A stretch of 64,000 nucleotides of DNA from Camelus ferus (Eukaryota), in NCBI RefSeq assembly GCF_009834535.1, contig NC_045697.1, positions 18,106,001 to 18,170,000 on the forward strand, read 5' to 3'. The translations under genes were made by a program, and so were the position numbers. Below, in pieces: positions 24,151 to 36,593 of the stretch. The notes under the pieces were generated by a model. The model saw only the letters and a program-made list of their open reading frames with translations, made no database searches and was not told where the DNA came from. Position 1 is the first letter of the stretch; the number at the start of each line of letters is the position of its first letter.

Positions 24151-25069
24151 AACTAAGTCTTAAAACAGCGTGTTTCTGCTTGAGCCACAGAGAGAAAGTA
24201 GCCTGTTTTCAGATGAAGGGTTAGCTGCCTGACTCTGGAATCAAGCTCCTAAATTCTTAATTGCTTTGCTTCATGCCTTTTCAAGTAAGTGAAATACATA
24301 TATGAATGTGAAATGTGTTATATATGTAAGCATACATATATGTGTGTGTATATAAATCTATATATCTATATCTATATTCTTTTCCGAGGAAGATGAACAG
24401 AGGAACTGGGCTTCAACTGTTGAGACCTCTGTTCATTCTGGGAAATTGGACAGGTCATTTTTCCCTTTGGGTCTTAGAATTTCCATCCATGTGATGCCAA
24501 GAATAGACTCAAAACCCTGCTTCGTCTGGGCCATTTTCTGGTTGCTCTAGCCACCTCGTCTCTTCTAGGAAGCCCCCCTTGGCCCCCTTTGCGACAGTCT
24601 TCAGCAACAGCATAAAGAGGCATTTACTGTGAATCTGGGCGGCTCTGACAGGCTCTAGGTTGGATGGTGGTTACAGTCAGTAGAGAGAAGGTGCACTCTG
24701 GCTTTGAAGAGGGAAGATACTGCGGGCAAGAGCACTGGCTTAGGACCTGCTGCATACCTGTGTGACCTTGGGCAAGCCACTTAAACTTTAGTCACCTCAG
24801 TGTCTTTAATATTCTAAAAGAGCACGATGCTTGCTTTATCAGGTTGTGAGGACTCATGAGATTGTGTATGCAGAAGCACTTTAAGACTATAAATATTATA
24901 TAGATATAAGCTGTTCTTAATCATGTATATGTTTTTCTCCCAATAAGGCAGAAAAATTGACTGGGTCTGCCCTGATGAAGTTTGGAGAGCCACACAGGAA
25001 CTTTCAAATTTCTTTTGACTCTGATTTGGTCTCAGCAAAATAATCAGTGTTCATGCTGCAGATTCACAG

Positions 25070-25395
25070 GCTTCCTTACTCTTGCTTGAACAAACCCCAG
25101 GGCCTTTGCACAGCTTCCTGAACACCCTTCTCCCAAGTATTAGCATCACTTGCTGCCTCACTTCATTCAGGTTCTGCTGAAAGCTCTCCTTATCAGAGAT
25201 ACTTTCTCTGACTACTCCACTTAAAATGGCTTTATTTTCCTTCATAGCATTTAACCCCACCTAACATATTATATATTGCTCATTACTCCTCTGATTCTCC
25301 CTACCAAAATGTAAGCTCCATTAGGACAGGGCCTTTGCTTGTCCCCAGTGCCTGCCTTGGAGTTATCTCTCAGTAAATATTTATTGAATGAATGC
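25070..25395 (+). mobile_element. L2 3' end
   Basis: cccagggcctttgcac...tgtaagctccattaggacagggcc...cagtaaatatttattgaatgaatg. Confidence 0.8.
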
Positions 25396-27489
25396 TTGAA
25401 AAAACACAAAGACACAGTTTCAATGTCTCAAAGGCATCAGAACCAACAGGCAGGACCAGTTTTTCAGATGGTGGGTTTGCTAAGGGACCTTCCCTCTTTC
25501 CAGGCCCTGAGCCCGGGTTTCTGGACATGAGAAGGCAGCACTGCATTTGGATAACTACAGCTTTTTCTCAAAGGATGTTGACCCTCCATTGGTTTTGAAT
25601 GGCCCTGAAACATCGCCCATCTCTGACCATCTGCAAGGCCATTCTAGTTAACTGCCCATTTAGACACTGGTCATTTCCTCCCCTCTCATAACCCCTCCCA
25701 TATTTACCAGTTCATACAATGTTTATGAATTTCCTACTGTGAACATAGAAGTATGCGCACAGCTCTGGATGATTTAAAGAACTCTTTACCCTTCAGTAGA
25801 TCAGAGCGCTTAAGGGTTGGGGGGCGGGAGATGTTTACTGACGACAGAAATTCTGGGTTTAAAAACCTGGTTTTGCTGTTTACAGGCTGTGTGACTTGTA
25901 CGAGGCACTTCAACTCCCTATACTTCAGTTTCTTTATCGAAGAAATGGGATAATTATAGCACCTTCTCCCTAGGGTAACGTGAGTCTATTAAGGGTAAGC
26001 TCCCACGATTATGCCTGGCACATGGCTACCACTTGATAAGCTTTAGTTGTTTTTATTGAAACGTATTGTGAAGACTGGTGATGTGGCCGCGGAAAGTGAA
26101 ATAACAATACATGGACTGATGACTCAATGCAGTATTTATACGCACACCTACACAGTGTATACCCTGGTCTAATGGAAAGAACGTATGCTTTGGGGCCAGT
26201 CAACCTGGATAGGAATGCCCACTTTGCCTTCTGCCAGCTGTGAGACCTTGAGCAGACCACCAGACCCCCCGGGGGCCCCCGTCTCCCCATTTATAAAACA
26301 CAAATTGGAATTTTTGCTTCACAGAATACTTGTGAAGATTTTCCAGGATGCTAGTTCCTTGCCCTAGCAATGCCTCCCGCTGCTCAGAAATCCTGATGTG
26401 AAGGCAAAGACTGTCCCGACTGAGGCGGGAAATGGATATGAAGTCAATGCCTTCCTTGGCAAATCAGGATGACTCCTTACAGCAAGAGGGCTTAGAGTTC
26501 TGATTTGAAAAAAAAGCCAAAGAAAATTTACTTTATCAAAACAGGAAAAAGGCAGAGTATAATGACTTATTCAAGGAATGTATATTATGAAGATCTTCAT
26601 CTGACAAGCTGCTGTCATAGAATTCCAGAAACCCAATTACTATGAAGGGCCAGGGGGCTCTGGAGCTCATTGCAGAGGCCCTCTGCCCTCCCCCTAAAGG
26701 GGTCATCCCACCTCCACTTGAATACTCCCAGGACGGCCAACTCACTGCCAACATAAAGTTGACAATTTTGCTACTGGTCCGTTCAACTCTAAGATTTGCC
26801 CCAAACTCTTCCCTCCCCTGACTTCCACTAGTCTCTGGCAAAGCACAGTTTCTTGTTTCTTCTCCCTGTGACTTGGCAGGGATTGGATTTCAATGGTAAT
26901 CTACTGAGCAGAGTACTTTACAGTGTTTGATTATGGTCCAGGGTTCAGAAAAATCAATACTAGTGACATTTTAAGTCTGAAAAAAATTCACAAAGCACAC
27001 AGTTGTGACAGTTTCACAGCATTGCATTTGCAATTCTCAGCACAGCTGGCAATGCAGAACAGTGAGACCGGTGGTTAACACTGGCAATGATAAGAGGGAT
27101 AGTGTATTTCTTAGTCAAAATACATTTCTTAGAGTTGCATCTTGAGTCCAGTTCATTTCAGTCAACATTATCGAGCATCTACCAGGTTGTGGGAGGCACT
27201 AAATCCAACAGAAGCCTGCACAGTGGTTTTCTGCTTCAGTTTCTATTATCATTGTTCAGAACCCTAGTCACAAGATGCGAGTATAAAGTAACATGATTGA
27301 TGCTTTTAACAAAGTCATGGGGCAGAGGGAGGCAGCCTAACCTTACGCTAGATACCTTGATCCCCGGGACGCGACTTGGGTGAGGAGAGTGAGGTACCTG
27401 GCATACATACAGACTCCAAGGGGGTGCTCACTGGGGATTTGTTACCCTAATCCCAGCCTTGTCCTCATGGCCTCTTCTAGGTCTGGTGT

Positions 27490-27975
27490 TTTGTGACTCG
27501 GTGCATACAAATGAGGTATGTGGTCTTGAAAGTCACAGCTATAGAAAGCCTTATTTTCAAACAATGCTTCTCTTATTCCCATTTTAGAAACCCTTTCTTG
27601 GGAATTATCTTCAAGTTTGGAGTGCATTTTTAGTTTCAATATATCCTTGGGGATGGCAAATCTTAATCTTTTAAAGGTAGATTTGAGTTTTAGAAATAGA
27701 CAGAAACCATTTGTGGTCAAGTCTGAAGACTAATACAGAGTGGACAAGTTGTATAATGCTACTTGAGGTCAAAAGCAGGTTTTTATATCTTATAAATTGG
27801 CCTTGAAGACAGTCATCAAAGAGGAATTACTGAACGTGTTTTGAGCTATAACAACACTTTTGAAATTGAAATATATTCTTTGAAGGTAACTGCTCTGAAG
27901 CTAACACTCATTCCATTATGAAAGCTTTGGAGTGTTTGAAAGTCATTCTCATTTCTTTCTAGTCAAACTTTGTAT
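27490..27975. mobile_element. MARNA-like Tc1/mariner non-autonomous element
   Basis: The minus-strand ORF fragment FCLFLKLKSTFKRLRFAIPKDI resembles a mariner transposase C-terminus. The opposite arm (ggccttgaagacagtcatcaaagaggaatt...gtgttttgagc...ggtaactgctctgaag) resembles the same region inverted. Confidence 0.7.
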
Positions 27976-29029
27976 TTCTAAATTACAGTAAATAGAAACT
28001 GTTTAACTTATCTCCAGCGTTTTTTCTTAAAGTTTGGAAGTCTAGAGAGGTTACATAAGAATAATACATTACAAAATACAGATTTATTTGCTTTATAAGT
28101 CAAAGAGTTGACCCTCAAGAGAATTTAAGCGGAAACAAGACATCTCAAGTTTTCTCCTAACTTCCTAAACATCTCAATTTCTCTTCAGGTTCGATTCAAA
28201 TATTTAGTGTTGGGGAAATCGCAAGGAAAGAGTCCTTCTTGGCAAATCATCTAAGTCAAAACATTTGCTAAGATATTCTGAAGGGTCTCAGAAACAGAGG
28301 GAAGAGAGCCCTTTCAATATTTCTGCTGCCAATCTGAAAAAAAATCTTAGTTGGCAGAGACTTCTGAAGGTCTTGCCATCTGACCAGTAAGGCAGTTCCA
28401 AGAACTCATTGACCTTGATTGTGGTCATGCAGCTTGGTCCAAAGGTTGAAAACTGGAACTCCTGGGCTCCATTTCTTAATTTTGTATGGGGCTCATAATC
28501 TCCATAGTCATCCATGTTCAAGTCCTAAGTCCTTGTCCCTCCAACTCTCCAGAGAGATTTTATCTCTGGGGAGAAACCAGCAGCCTCAGGTGTCAATCAC
28601 CAGAATTCAGTCTCAGCTTTTTCAGGCCGCAGTCCTGTTGGCCACTTCCCAGTGGCATGGCCTCCAGAGGGAAGTAGCCTTCAGCTGTGTTTCTTTGCCA
28701 CTCGGGGTTTCCAGGAAACCGTTTGGTTTAAGGCTTCAAAGAACTGCAAGCTTCTATACCCTCTTACTTGTTTGTAAATGGAGGCTTGAGCACCCATTTA
28801 CACTCCCCACAGTTAATTGATAGCAGTTATTGTTAATTGCTTTATGGCTTTGCAACTGTGTGGTAGCTTAGAATTGGTCCTAAGCCAAGATCAAAGAATC
28901 ATGTTCCTTCCAGATATTTTGAGAAAAGAAATTATCCTTGAATAGGGGGAGTGTTAGAGAGAAGGTCTAAAGGTTTCTGCTTGGGCACAAATACCCTTTG
29001 ACTACCTCCTATGGGCGGGGCCGTATCAA

Positions 29030-29190
29030 GTCATTTTCTGCATTATTCTTTTTGATCCACTGCTATAAAAGGTTAGGGCCATTAGCTCCTTTTTAACAGA
29101 TCAGAAAGCGGAGCCTCGGAGAGGTTAAGAAGTTCAGCACAGTCACAGAACTAGTGAGGGGCAGAGTCATGAGGGAACCCAGAGTCCAAT
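29030..29190 (-). mobile_element. MIR SINE
   Basis: ttttaacagatcagaaagcggagcctcggagaggttaagaag...gtcacagaactagtgaggggcagag. Confidence 0.75.
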
Positions 29191-29579
29191 GGGGACTGGG
29201 AACTGTGGAGAGGTGGGGGAGAGGAGGAAGTGTAGGATGGTGCAAGGGGACAGAAAGTAGAAATGAAGAACTTCTGCAGAGGTAAGAAGCGTCTTGGGGG
29301 ATATGACGCTTTGAGAGAGGAGCCAAGGGAAGAGGTGGCGAGTGAAGGAAAATGAAGCCCAAATGAACTCTCGTTTGCTCATTGTTTCATTCAGCAAACA
29401 TTTGCAGTTTAAGCTGTTAAATTCTGCAGAAGTGAAGGGCTATCTAGTATTCACGTCATCACTGAAACCCACTTACAAGGCGTGTGTACGGGGCCCCCAG
29501 CAGTGCTGATAAAGGCTCCTCAGAGGAAGTTAATCACGCATAGTTCCTGACTCTAACCCTTGACCTCTAGTAGCAGATT

Positions 29580-29700
29580 AGCAGAATCTATATCTCAGAT
29601 TCCCCACTTCCTAGCTGGGTGACCTTGAGCGAGTTACTTTATCTCTTTGGGTCTCAGTTTCCTCACCTGTGAAAAGGGATGATGGTAATAGTACCATCTG
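29580..29700 (+). mobile_element. MIR SINE
   Basis: ccacttcctagctgggtgaccttgagcgagttactttatctctttgggtctcagtttcctcacctgtgaaaaggg. Confidence 0.85.
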
Positions 29701-30479
29701 GCACACAGAGAACCCTTATTTTCTGGGCATGAATTGAACTCTGTGTCTGACAGCCTAGGGTGGCTCTGGGGCTGTCTTCCCCTCGCTGACCTGCAGTAGA
29801 ACTTCAGACTTTTCTAATACAGATCCAGCCCACTTCACTCTCAGCGCAGTGGCAGGAGACCAGGGGGAAGTTCGGGCTGGTTCTCCAGAGAGCAGAGCCG
29901 AGTAGCAAGCTGAATCCTGAACACATGAAGTCCAGATCCTGTGTGCCCCCATTCTGGGCTGGTGAGACGTGTCAAATCAATGCCTAGACATACGCGGGTG
30001 GAAGGAAGACTCTTGGGAAAATGTGTCATTATCCCTCTTCTGGGGGCCTCTTGGGACCACAGACCCTCGAGGAAGCCGTGCCCCGAGTGTGCCCTCCTGC
30101 ACTGGTAGCGGATAAGCCCGAGCCCAGGACAGCCGCCCCAGTTGTCTGCTGTGGGTGTAAGTCACCTGTGGCCCTGTGGCGGGGGCTGCCTTAGTGTTTG
30201 CTCTGGTTTCTGACTGAAATATTCTCTGGGCTCAGGATGGAAGTTTAGGTCATTTCTAAACTGGACCCAGACTGGATTGCGGGCTTTACCTTAAATCAGG
30301 AGCTCTGGGTGAGAAGGAACTTGGGAGTGTGTCAAGTCCAGTCCCCGACTAGGGCATCCTTGTAGGGAACCCTGGACTGTGTCTCACCTTAGTCTGATTG
30401 CTCAGGGGACCCTGGTGTGGCCTGGCCTTTGCAGGTATAGCGTCCTCTGCTTCGAACGCCCTTCTGCCACCTCCTTGTA

Positions 30480-30770
30480 ACCCCAACTCCCCCTTCAAGT
30501 AGCAGCTTAGGTATCATTTCCTCCAGAACGTCCCTCATAATTTCTTCAGGATGGGAATTAGCTTAACCTGCTCTGAGGATCCCTTTACTCACAATTTCTT
30601 CTGTTAGGCTGTGTGGCATTTTCATGTACTTGCTTGTTTAATGATCCGTTTCTCCTTCCAAATTATAACCCTGGAGGGCAGGGGTTAGGTCTGGCTGACT
30701 CACTCCTGCGGCCCTAGTGCCTAGGGTGGTGAGCTCATAGTAGGTACCCAGTGAATGATGAATATGTGAA
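30480..30770 (+). mobile_element. L2 3' fragment
   Basis: cagcttaggtatcatttcctccagaac...ccctggagggcagggg...catagtaggtacccagtgaatgatgaat. Confidence 0.7.
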
Positions 30771-32339
30771 CCAGTGATGACCTGGGGCAGGGTAAGTCTC
30801 TGGGTCTGAAGCAATAGAGATGGCCTAGAACATTGCAGGACTCTGGGAAGAAGAAAGACAACAGGAGAGGGTCCCTGGGTGCACTGCTTCTGCCCCCACC
30901 ACCTGGTGTTTGTAAGCAGACACAAGTTTAAGAGCAATGGGCTATTTGGGTAGTTTCTTATTTGGGGTTCTCAAGCCTGGGCTGATGCTTTATCAGGGTT
31001 TGAGTTCAGCATGTTTGGCTACAAGGAACAAGGATCTCCTGGCTTTTACCCCGCTTCCCCCACCAAGAAGAAAAAGGGCTGGGTTTGGGGCTATCTGTGT
31101 AGTGATGATGTAGATAGAATCTCCTGGAAAGGTAAGAACTGGGGCTACAGTGGGGTCCAGGCTCCCTGGAGAATGGACCTGCCAGGCATCGGTATCCAAA
31201 ATGGTGCCAGGGACCTCTTGCATCCTGATTCATGGCTCTGCATTTTGGGGTTGCACCATCAATGTGGTGGCGCTTCCCTTCTGTGTCTACTCGTCTCTGT
31301 CTCCTTGTGTCTAGTGGGGAAATGGTCTCTCAAGAGACTCTGGCATTGGCCCAGATCATCATGTCATGCCAGGCATAGACATAGGCTTAGGGCAGCTGAC
31401 AGAGTAATGTCTATTCCTGGTCCAATGAACTGTGGTTGGTGGAGGGGGAGTGCAGAAGGAGGCAGGGTCATAAGGTACAAAAGGTGGTCCCCCACACAAG
31501 CAGGGAGGTACCCAGGAAACATGCCCGGTACAGTCTATTAAACCAGATTTCTGCTCATCTCTCCATCACAGGGCTCCTCTCAGAGGCTAAAACAGCAACA
31601 CGAATTTCACTGACATAGTCCTCAGTCCCACATCATAAACATCAGAACATGATATTTATTGCCTTGCTGCAGACCGGGTGTCAAGATGAAAAAGAAATAA
31701 TAATTCTAAATCTCACACAAGGGCTTTGGAGATCAATGAGGTAATTCGTATGAAATAGTTTGGGCTCCCTGGGAAACAAAGTGCGACATAAATTTAGGCT
31801 TTTTCATTGGATGGACCCCATGCCAATAACTCACCCCAGTTAATGAAAAGCCCATTTGGCTGTATAGACTGCAGGATGCTGAGTTCAGAATGGAATATTT
31901 TGACCAAGCGCAGACGTGGTTTAACCATGACACGGATCCATATCTCAAGTCTTTTTCATCACAGGGCAGGATATAAATAAATGGCAGGCACCGTGTTTGG
32001 GATGTGTAATACAATGGCTTCTCTGAATGATGCCTGGGCATGACTCCATCAAATTCAAGCCATATTTTAGTGGCTTCTAACTCAGCTCCAGACCCCCAAG
32101 GTTCTGTTTTCCTTGTGAATCCAAAAAGCTAACTTGAGTTGCCTTAAACAGTGTGAAAATGCTCTGTTTTCGTCACTGTATGGTCCCAACACTGTGCCTG
32201 TGCCTTGTAAACTCTGCAGTCCTACATGAATAATAACTGCTGGACCATGGTGCCAATTATGGAAAAGGAATGACCATTTATTGAACACCTCCCTTTGGCC
32301 AGGAACTAAAACTCTTCAGAAGAGTAACTGATACCCTTG

Positions 32340-33755
32340 CTCTCTTACCAGCTTCTTTGGAACCCATTCCATGCAGGCTTTCATCCATATCACTCCAGTG
32401 AAAGGGCTCTTGCTGAGGCCATTGATGACTGGTGTGTTCCTACAGCCAGTGGCTGATTCTTCTTCTTCAACTGACTTAGCCTGTCGGCAGCATTTGATAC
32501 CACTTATCACTTTAAGCCCTTGCAAAACTTTGTCCACTTGGTTTGCAGAGCACCACGTCCTCAGTCCACGTTGCATGACTCCTGGGGCACCATTTGCCTT
32601 GCCTAGGGTTTGGCAAACTATAACCTGCAGGCCGAATCCAGTCCTCTGCCTGTTCTGTAAATAAAGCTTTATGGGAGCACAGCCATGGCCGTTCATTCAT
32701 ACAGCATCTATGGCTGCTTCCATGCATCAGTGGCAGGGTTGAGTGGTGGCCACAGAGACCAGATGGCCCACAAAGCTGAAAATACTTACTATGAGGCCCT
32801 TTATGGGAAAAGCTTACTGACTGCTGTCATAGACTCCTTGGGGACCCTGGTTTTCCTTCTACCACCCCAGCCACTCCTAGTCGTCTTTGCTTTTTGTCTT
32901 CATCTCCTTGATGAAGCCCTGGAGTCCTCAAACTCTGTTCTCCTCCATCTATACTTAGTCCCTGCTTAGCATATCCAAACCTGGGGCATTAAAATCTGCC
33001 TTGAACTCCAGGCACAGATATCCAGCTGTTGACTCAGCATCTTCACCTGGTTGTCCAATAGACTTCTCAAACTTCAGTGTGCCCTGAACAGGACCTGCCC
33101 AGCCCGGTTTCTCTCATTTCTGTAAGCGGCAGCTCCACACTTCCAGGTGCTCAGCCCAAGTGCCTGAAACAGCTGTCATCTCTTGCCTGAATTATCTCAA
33201 TAGATTCTAACTGGCCTCTCCCTTTTCGCTCTTACCCCTTCCAGCCCCTTCTTTCAGCAAAGTGATCCTTTCTAAATATAAGCCAATCGCATCCTTTGGT
33301 TGGCTTCCCAGCTCACCCAGGCTAAACTCCAGATTGTCTTTCCTGCTCAAAGACCTTCTGACTTTATCTCTTTCTTCACCCCCACCTGACTCAGTCTGCT
33401 CCGGCTTCGTGGATCTCCTTGCTACGTGAACACAGGCTTCTGCCGCAGGACCTCTGTTCTGCTGTTCCTTCTGCTGGAAACTCTCATCCCCCAGAAGTCT
33501 GCATGACTCACTGCCTCGTGTCTCCTTATCACGAGCCTTTCCTGATTGCCCTAAATTAAATAGCTTCCCTCTCACTCCTCCCCAGCCCCCTCCCATCACC
33601 ATCTGATATACTCGGCTGTTTTTGGTTTACATGTTTCTTGTTCACCTTGCCCCTCTCGGTGATAAGCTCCATGAGGCAGACCTTTGTTTTGTTCATTCTG
33701 TATCCTCATTGCCTAGACTAGGGCTTGGCACATAACAAGTGCCCAATAAGTATTT
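32340..33755 (+). mobile_element. L2 (long 3' portion), split by MER58A
   Basis: cttgaactccaggcacagatatccagctg, aaagtgatcctttctaaatataag, taagctccatgaggcag...ggcacataacaagtgcccaataagtattt. Confidence 0.85.
32604..32826 (+). mobile_element. MER58A hAT-Charlie MITE
   Basis: tagggtttggcaaactataacctgcaggccgaatcc...gtaaataaagctttatgggagcacagccat...ggcccacaaagctgaaaatacttactat. Confidence 0.85.
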
Positions 33756-34377
33756 AAATGTCTTTACTCCTTTCAACTCAATGAACCCTATTTTACAGCT
33801 CAGAACATTGAGCCTTGGAGAGATTAAGGCCCTCGCACAGGTCACTGAGGGTAGGAGTGAGGCCAGAGCCGGAATTTGTACCTGGTGCTATCTGACTGCA
33901 AATTCAGGGCTTATTCGGCAGCTATATGCTGTTCTATCTCTGATAGCAGTCCCGAGGAATGCTCTGTGAAAAGACAATTGTCCCCAGGGCATAAAGAATT
34001 CCAGGATCCACTGATAACTCATTGTGAGTCTATGTCTTTCTTATTATATCTATATTTTTCGTTCTGACCATCCCAGGGTCTGTAAGTTGGCCCTTCAATA
34101 AAATTTCTATTGGTTTACACTGTCACTGCTTCCCCCTCCCCATTAACCTATACCGTCCATATGGTGGTTTGGGATTCAGCAGTCTTGTGTGGACGACCAA
34201 ACGCCTGGAATTTTAAGTTGTCTTGCCCCTTTTGCCACTCTCTGATATAGTCCATGAAGTCTAGACACAGGCTTCAGTGGAGCAAAATAGTTTCTCTTTA
34301 TAGCTGTGGTAGATTTGAATACTTCTTTTTTTTCTTTTTGGTAGAAAACAATAATTTATTTTTAACTTGAAACTAAC

Positions 34378-34436
34378 TTCCTTCCTTCCTCCCTCCCTCC
34401 CTTCCTTCCTCCCTCCTTTCCTTTCCTCCTTCCTTC
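34378..34436. repeat. (CTTC)n/(CCCT)n pyrimidine microsatellite
   Basis: Direct reading of the sequence. Confidence 0.85.
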
Positions 34437-36101
34437 TAACTTCTAAACTGCTGTTTCCAGAGCTGCAGGAGCTCATCTTGCAGCACTTTTCTTCCAGTTC
34501 CTACTTGTGAAAGTCCCCTTCTTCAGTGTGTCCTGAGAGGAAGAGGATTTGGGGCTCCTGGGAGGTGGGAGAGGTGCTGCCTGTGGGAGGGGACGTATGC
34601 CCAGGCTGCAGGTGGGTGATCAGAAGAGGCTGGTTCCCATTTCCATTTCTGACTCCTGTGCTCTCTGCAGAAAGTTTAGCCAGCCTTCTTTTAATCCTTG
34701 CCAGTTTCATTCGGGGCAATTCCTTCGCCTTGCTTCTGGGCCGCTTGAGTCTTCTGTCGCCATTTTAGGTCAGGTTCACTGCCAGTATCTTCTGTCCATC
34801 ACCACTTCCCACCTCAGGAGGCTGCTTGCTGCAAGAAGAACCTCCCGAGGCACCGCCTGGAAGGTGTGTTGCCCTCTCTGCCCTCGCTCCACATACCAGT
34901 GACCTGGGACAAACAGGCTGTCACAGTCAAACTTTGCTCTGGGAGTTTGACTTTAATCCCTTGGCCTTGCCAGCTCCACCTTCTCCTGGCCTGCAAAGTT
35001 TGGTTTGGTTTTTAATCTGACTGCAAAATGTTTGACTCTTTGGGAGAATCCAAGATCACAGGGGTCATGTGAAAAAGCAGGATGTCAGGGAGAGATTACA
35101 CCCCCACCCTGACCCTGACTCAAAGCTTCCGGTCCACTCTCTCATCTTCGTTTGTTTGCTCCTCGTCTTCATTTCAGAGGATGGTTGATTTGGGGGTCAC
35201 TGTTTATTACCCAATCCTCAGAGTTTTCTAGATTCTTCTCTCCTTTACCCTCTCTCTGTCCCTGGCAGCATTTCTCCCTGTGACTGTTTGACTGATGTTG
35301 AGAGGCAGTGTGGCGGAGGGCTCACAAGCCCACACAGGTGCAGGTTTGAGTCCTGGCCCTGCCACGGGCCTGCTGTGTGACTTTGGAGAGATGCTCTCCA
35401 AAACCAGTGCCTTAAGATGGAGGCGGGGGAGCACAGCACACACTTCAGAAAGTTGTTGAGGATTTAATGAGATGGCGCTCACCCGTCGCTCAGCCCTGGC
35501 ATTGCCACTGCTGCTGATGTGGTTGATATTATTGTTGGTGGAACTGAACTTTCCTCTGGAAACAATTAAACTTTCCTCCAGAAGATTAGCAGGTAGAGAG
35601 AAAGATAGCCTCTAAGCTTCAGAGCCCTCCCATTAGAATGGGCTTGATCACTGAAACAGAAGCAAAGCTGCTGCTTGTTGGGAAAATATCTAAGCTCAGC
35701 CTGGAGATATTTATTATGTGTTATTGTAAGGGATTGAATGTATTATTGTGGCCTATGGTCACGTGTGTTCCTTTTCCTCTTCACACCTGGGGCCCGGAAC
35801 CTGCAGCTGTCTTTTGGTCAATGGCTTAGTCCTGACCCTCCCTGAACTGTCAGTTTGGAGCTGTTCAGAAAGACAGGGAATCATGGTCTCTGGCATATGA
35901 CATTGGACACATAGTAGGTGCCACTCAACTGGGCTAAGCCTGGTACATTCATGATCTTATTTGCTTTTCATCACAAACCCATGAGATGTTGTTGTGACTG
36001 TCACCAGTTTACAAATGAGAACATGAGGCTCAGAAAGGGTAAGTAATTTGCCTGAGCCCACACAGCTTTTAATGGGCCTGCACTGAGTGCCCAGATGGAG
36101 C

Positions 36102-36593
36102 TGTTACTGACCAGGGGTTTTAATCTCCTTAATCAATGGAAATTGCTAAGAGGCCAGATGAGAAACTTAGGCAAGGTTTTGTTGGGACTCATGTTGCAGC
36201 CCCAGGATGCAAAATAAAAGTAACAGGTTCCCTTGCTCGCTCCTTGAGTAGGGGTCCCTTAAATGGGGTGAGGGTAGGGGTGGGTCCAAGGGATGGGCCA
36301 GAGGGGTGGCTTAGATGGCCAGCCACCCCCTTGGTGGTGCTGTGTGCAAGGATCATGCTCAGTAAGTAATCTGCTTTTGCTCCCGACACCAAAGACGTGG
36401 CAGTTGGGTTTTTGGTCTTTTTGTATCTTGTTCATCATTTGCTCCAACTGCACATGCATGCAGTTATTTTTAGCCCTATATCATTTCTTTGTATTTTGTT
36501 GCTGGAGGAGACCTTTGTCCTGGTGCAAGCTCTGTAGCAAAGGGCCCCAGGTCCCTGGACCCAGGTCCCAGGTCCAAGTCCCAGCCTGTCGCA
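36102..36593 (-). mobile_element. ERV1-class solo LTR (492 bp)
   Basis: TG...CA termini with perfect 4-bp TSD gagc (36098-36101 / 36594-36597); the minus strand begins tgcgacaggctgggac with gggacct repeats, like laurasiatherian ERV1 LTRs. Confidence 0.85.

Noticed and set aside
31011..31541. 176-aa ORF
   Set aside because: Overlaps probable degraded MLT1 sequence, has an unusual Trp/Cys-rich composition and no recognisable homology.
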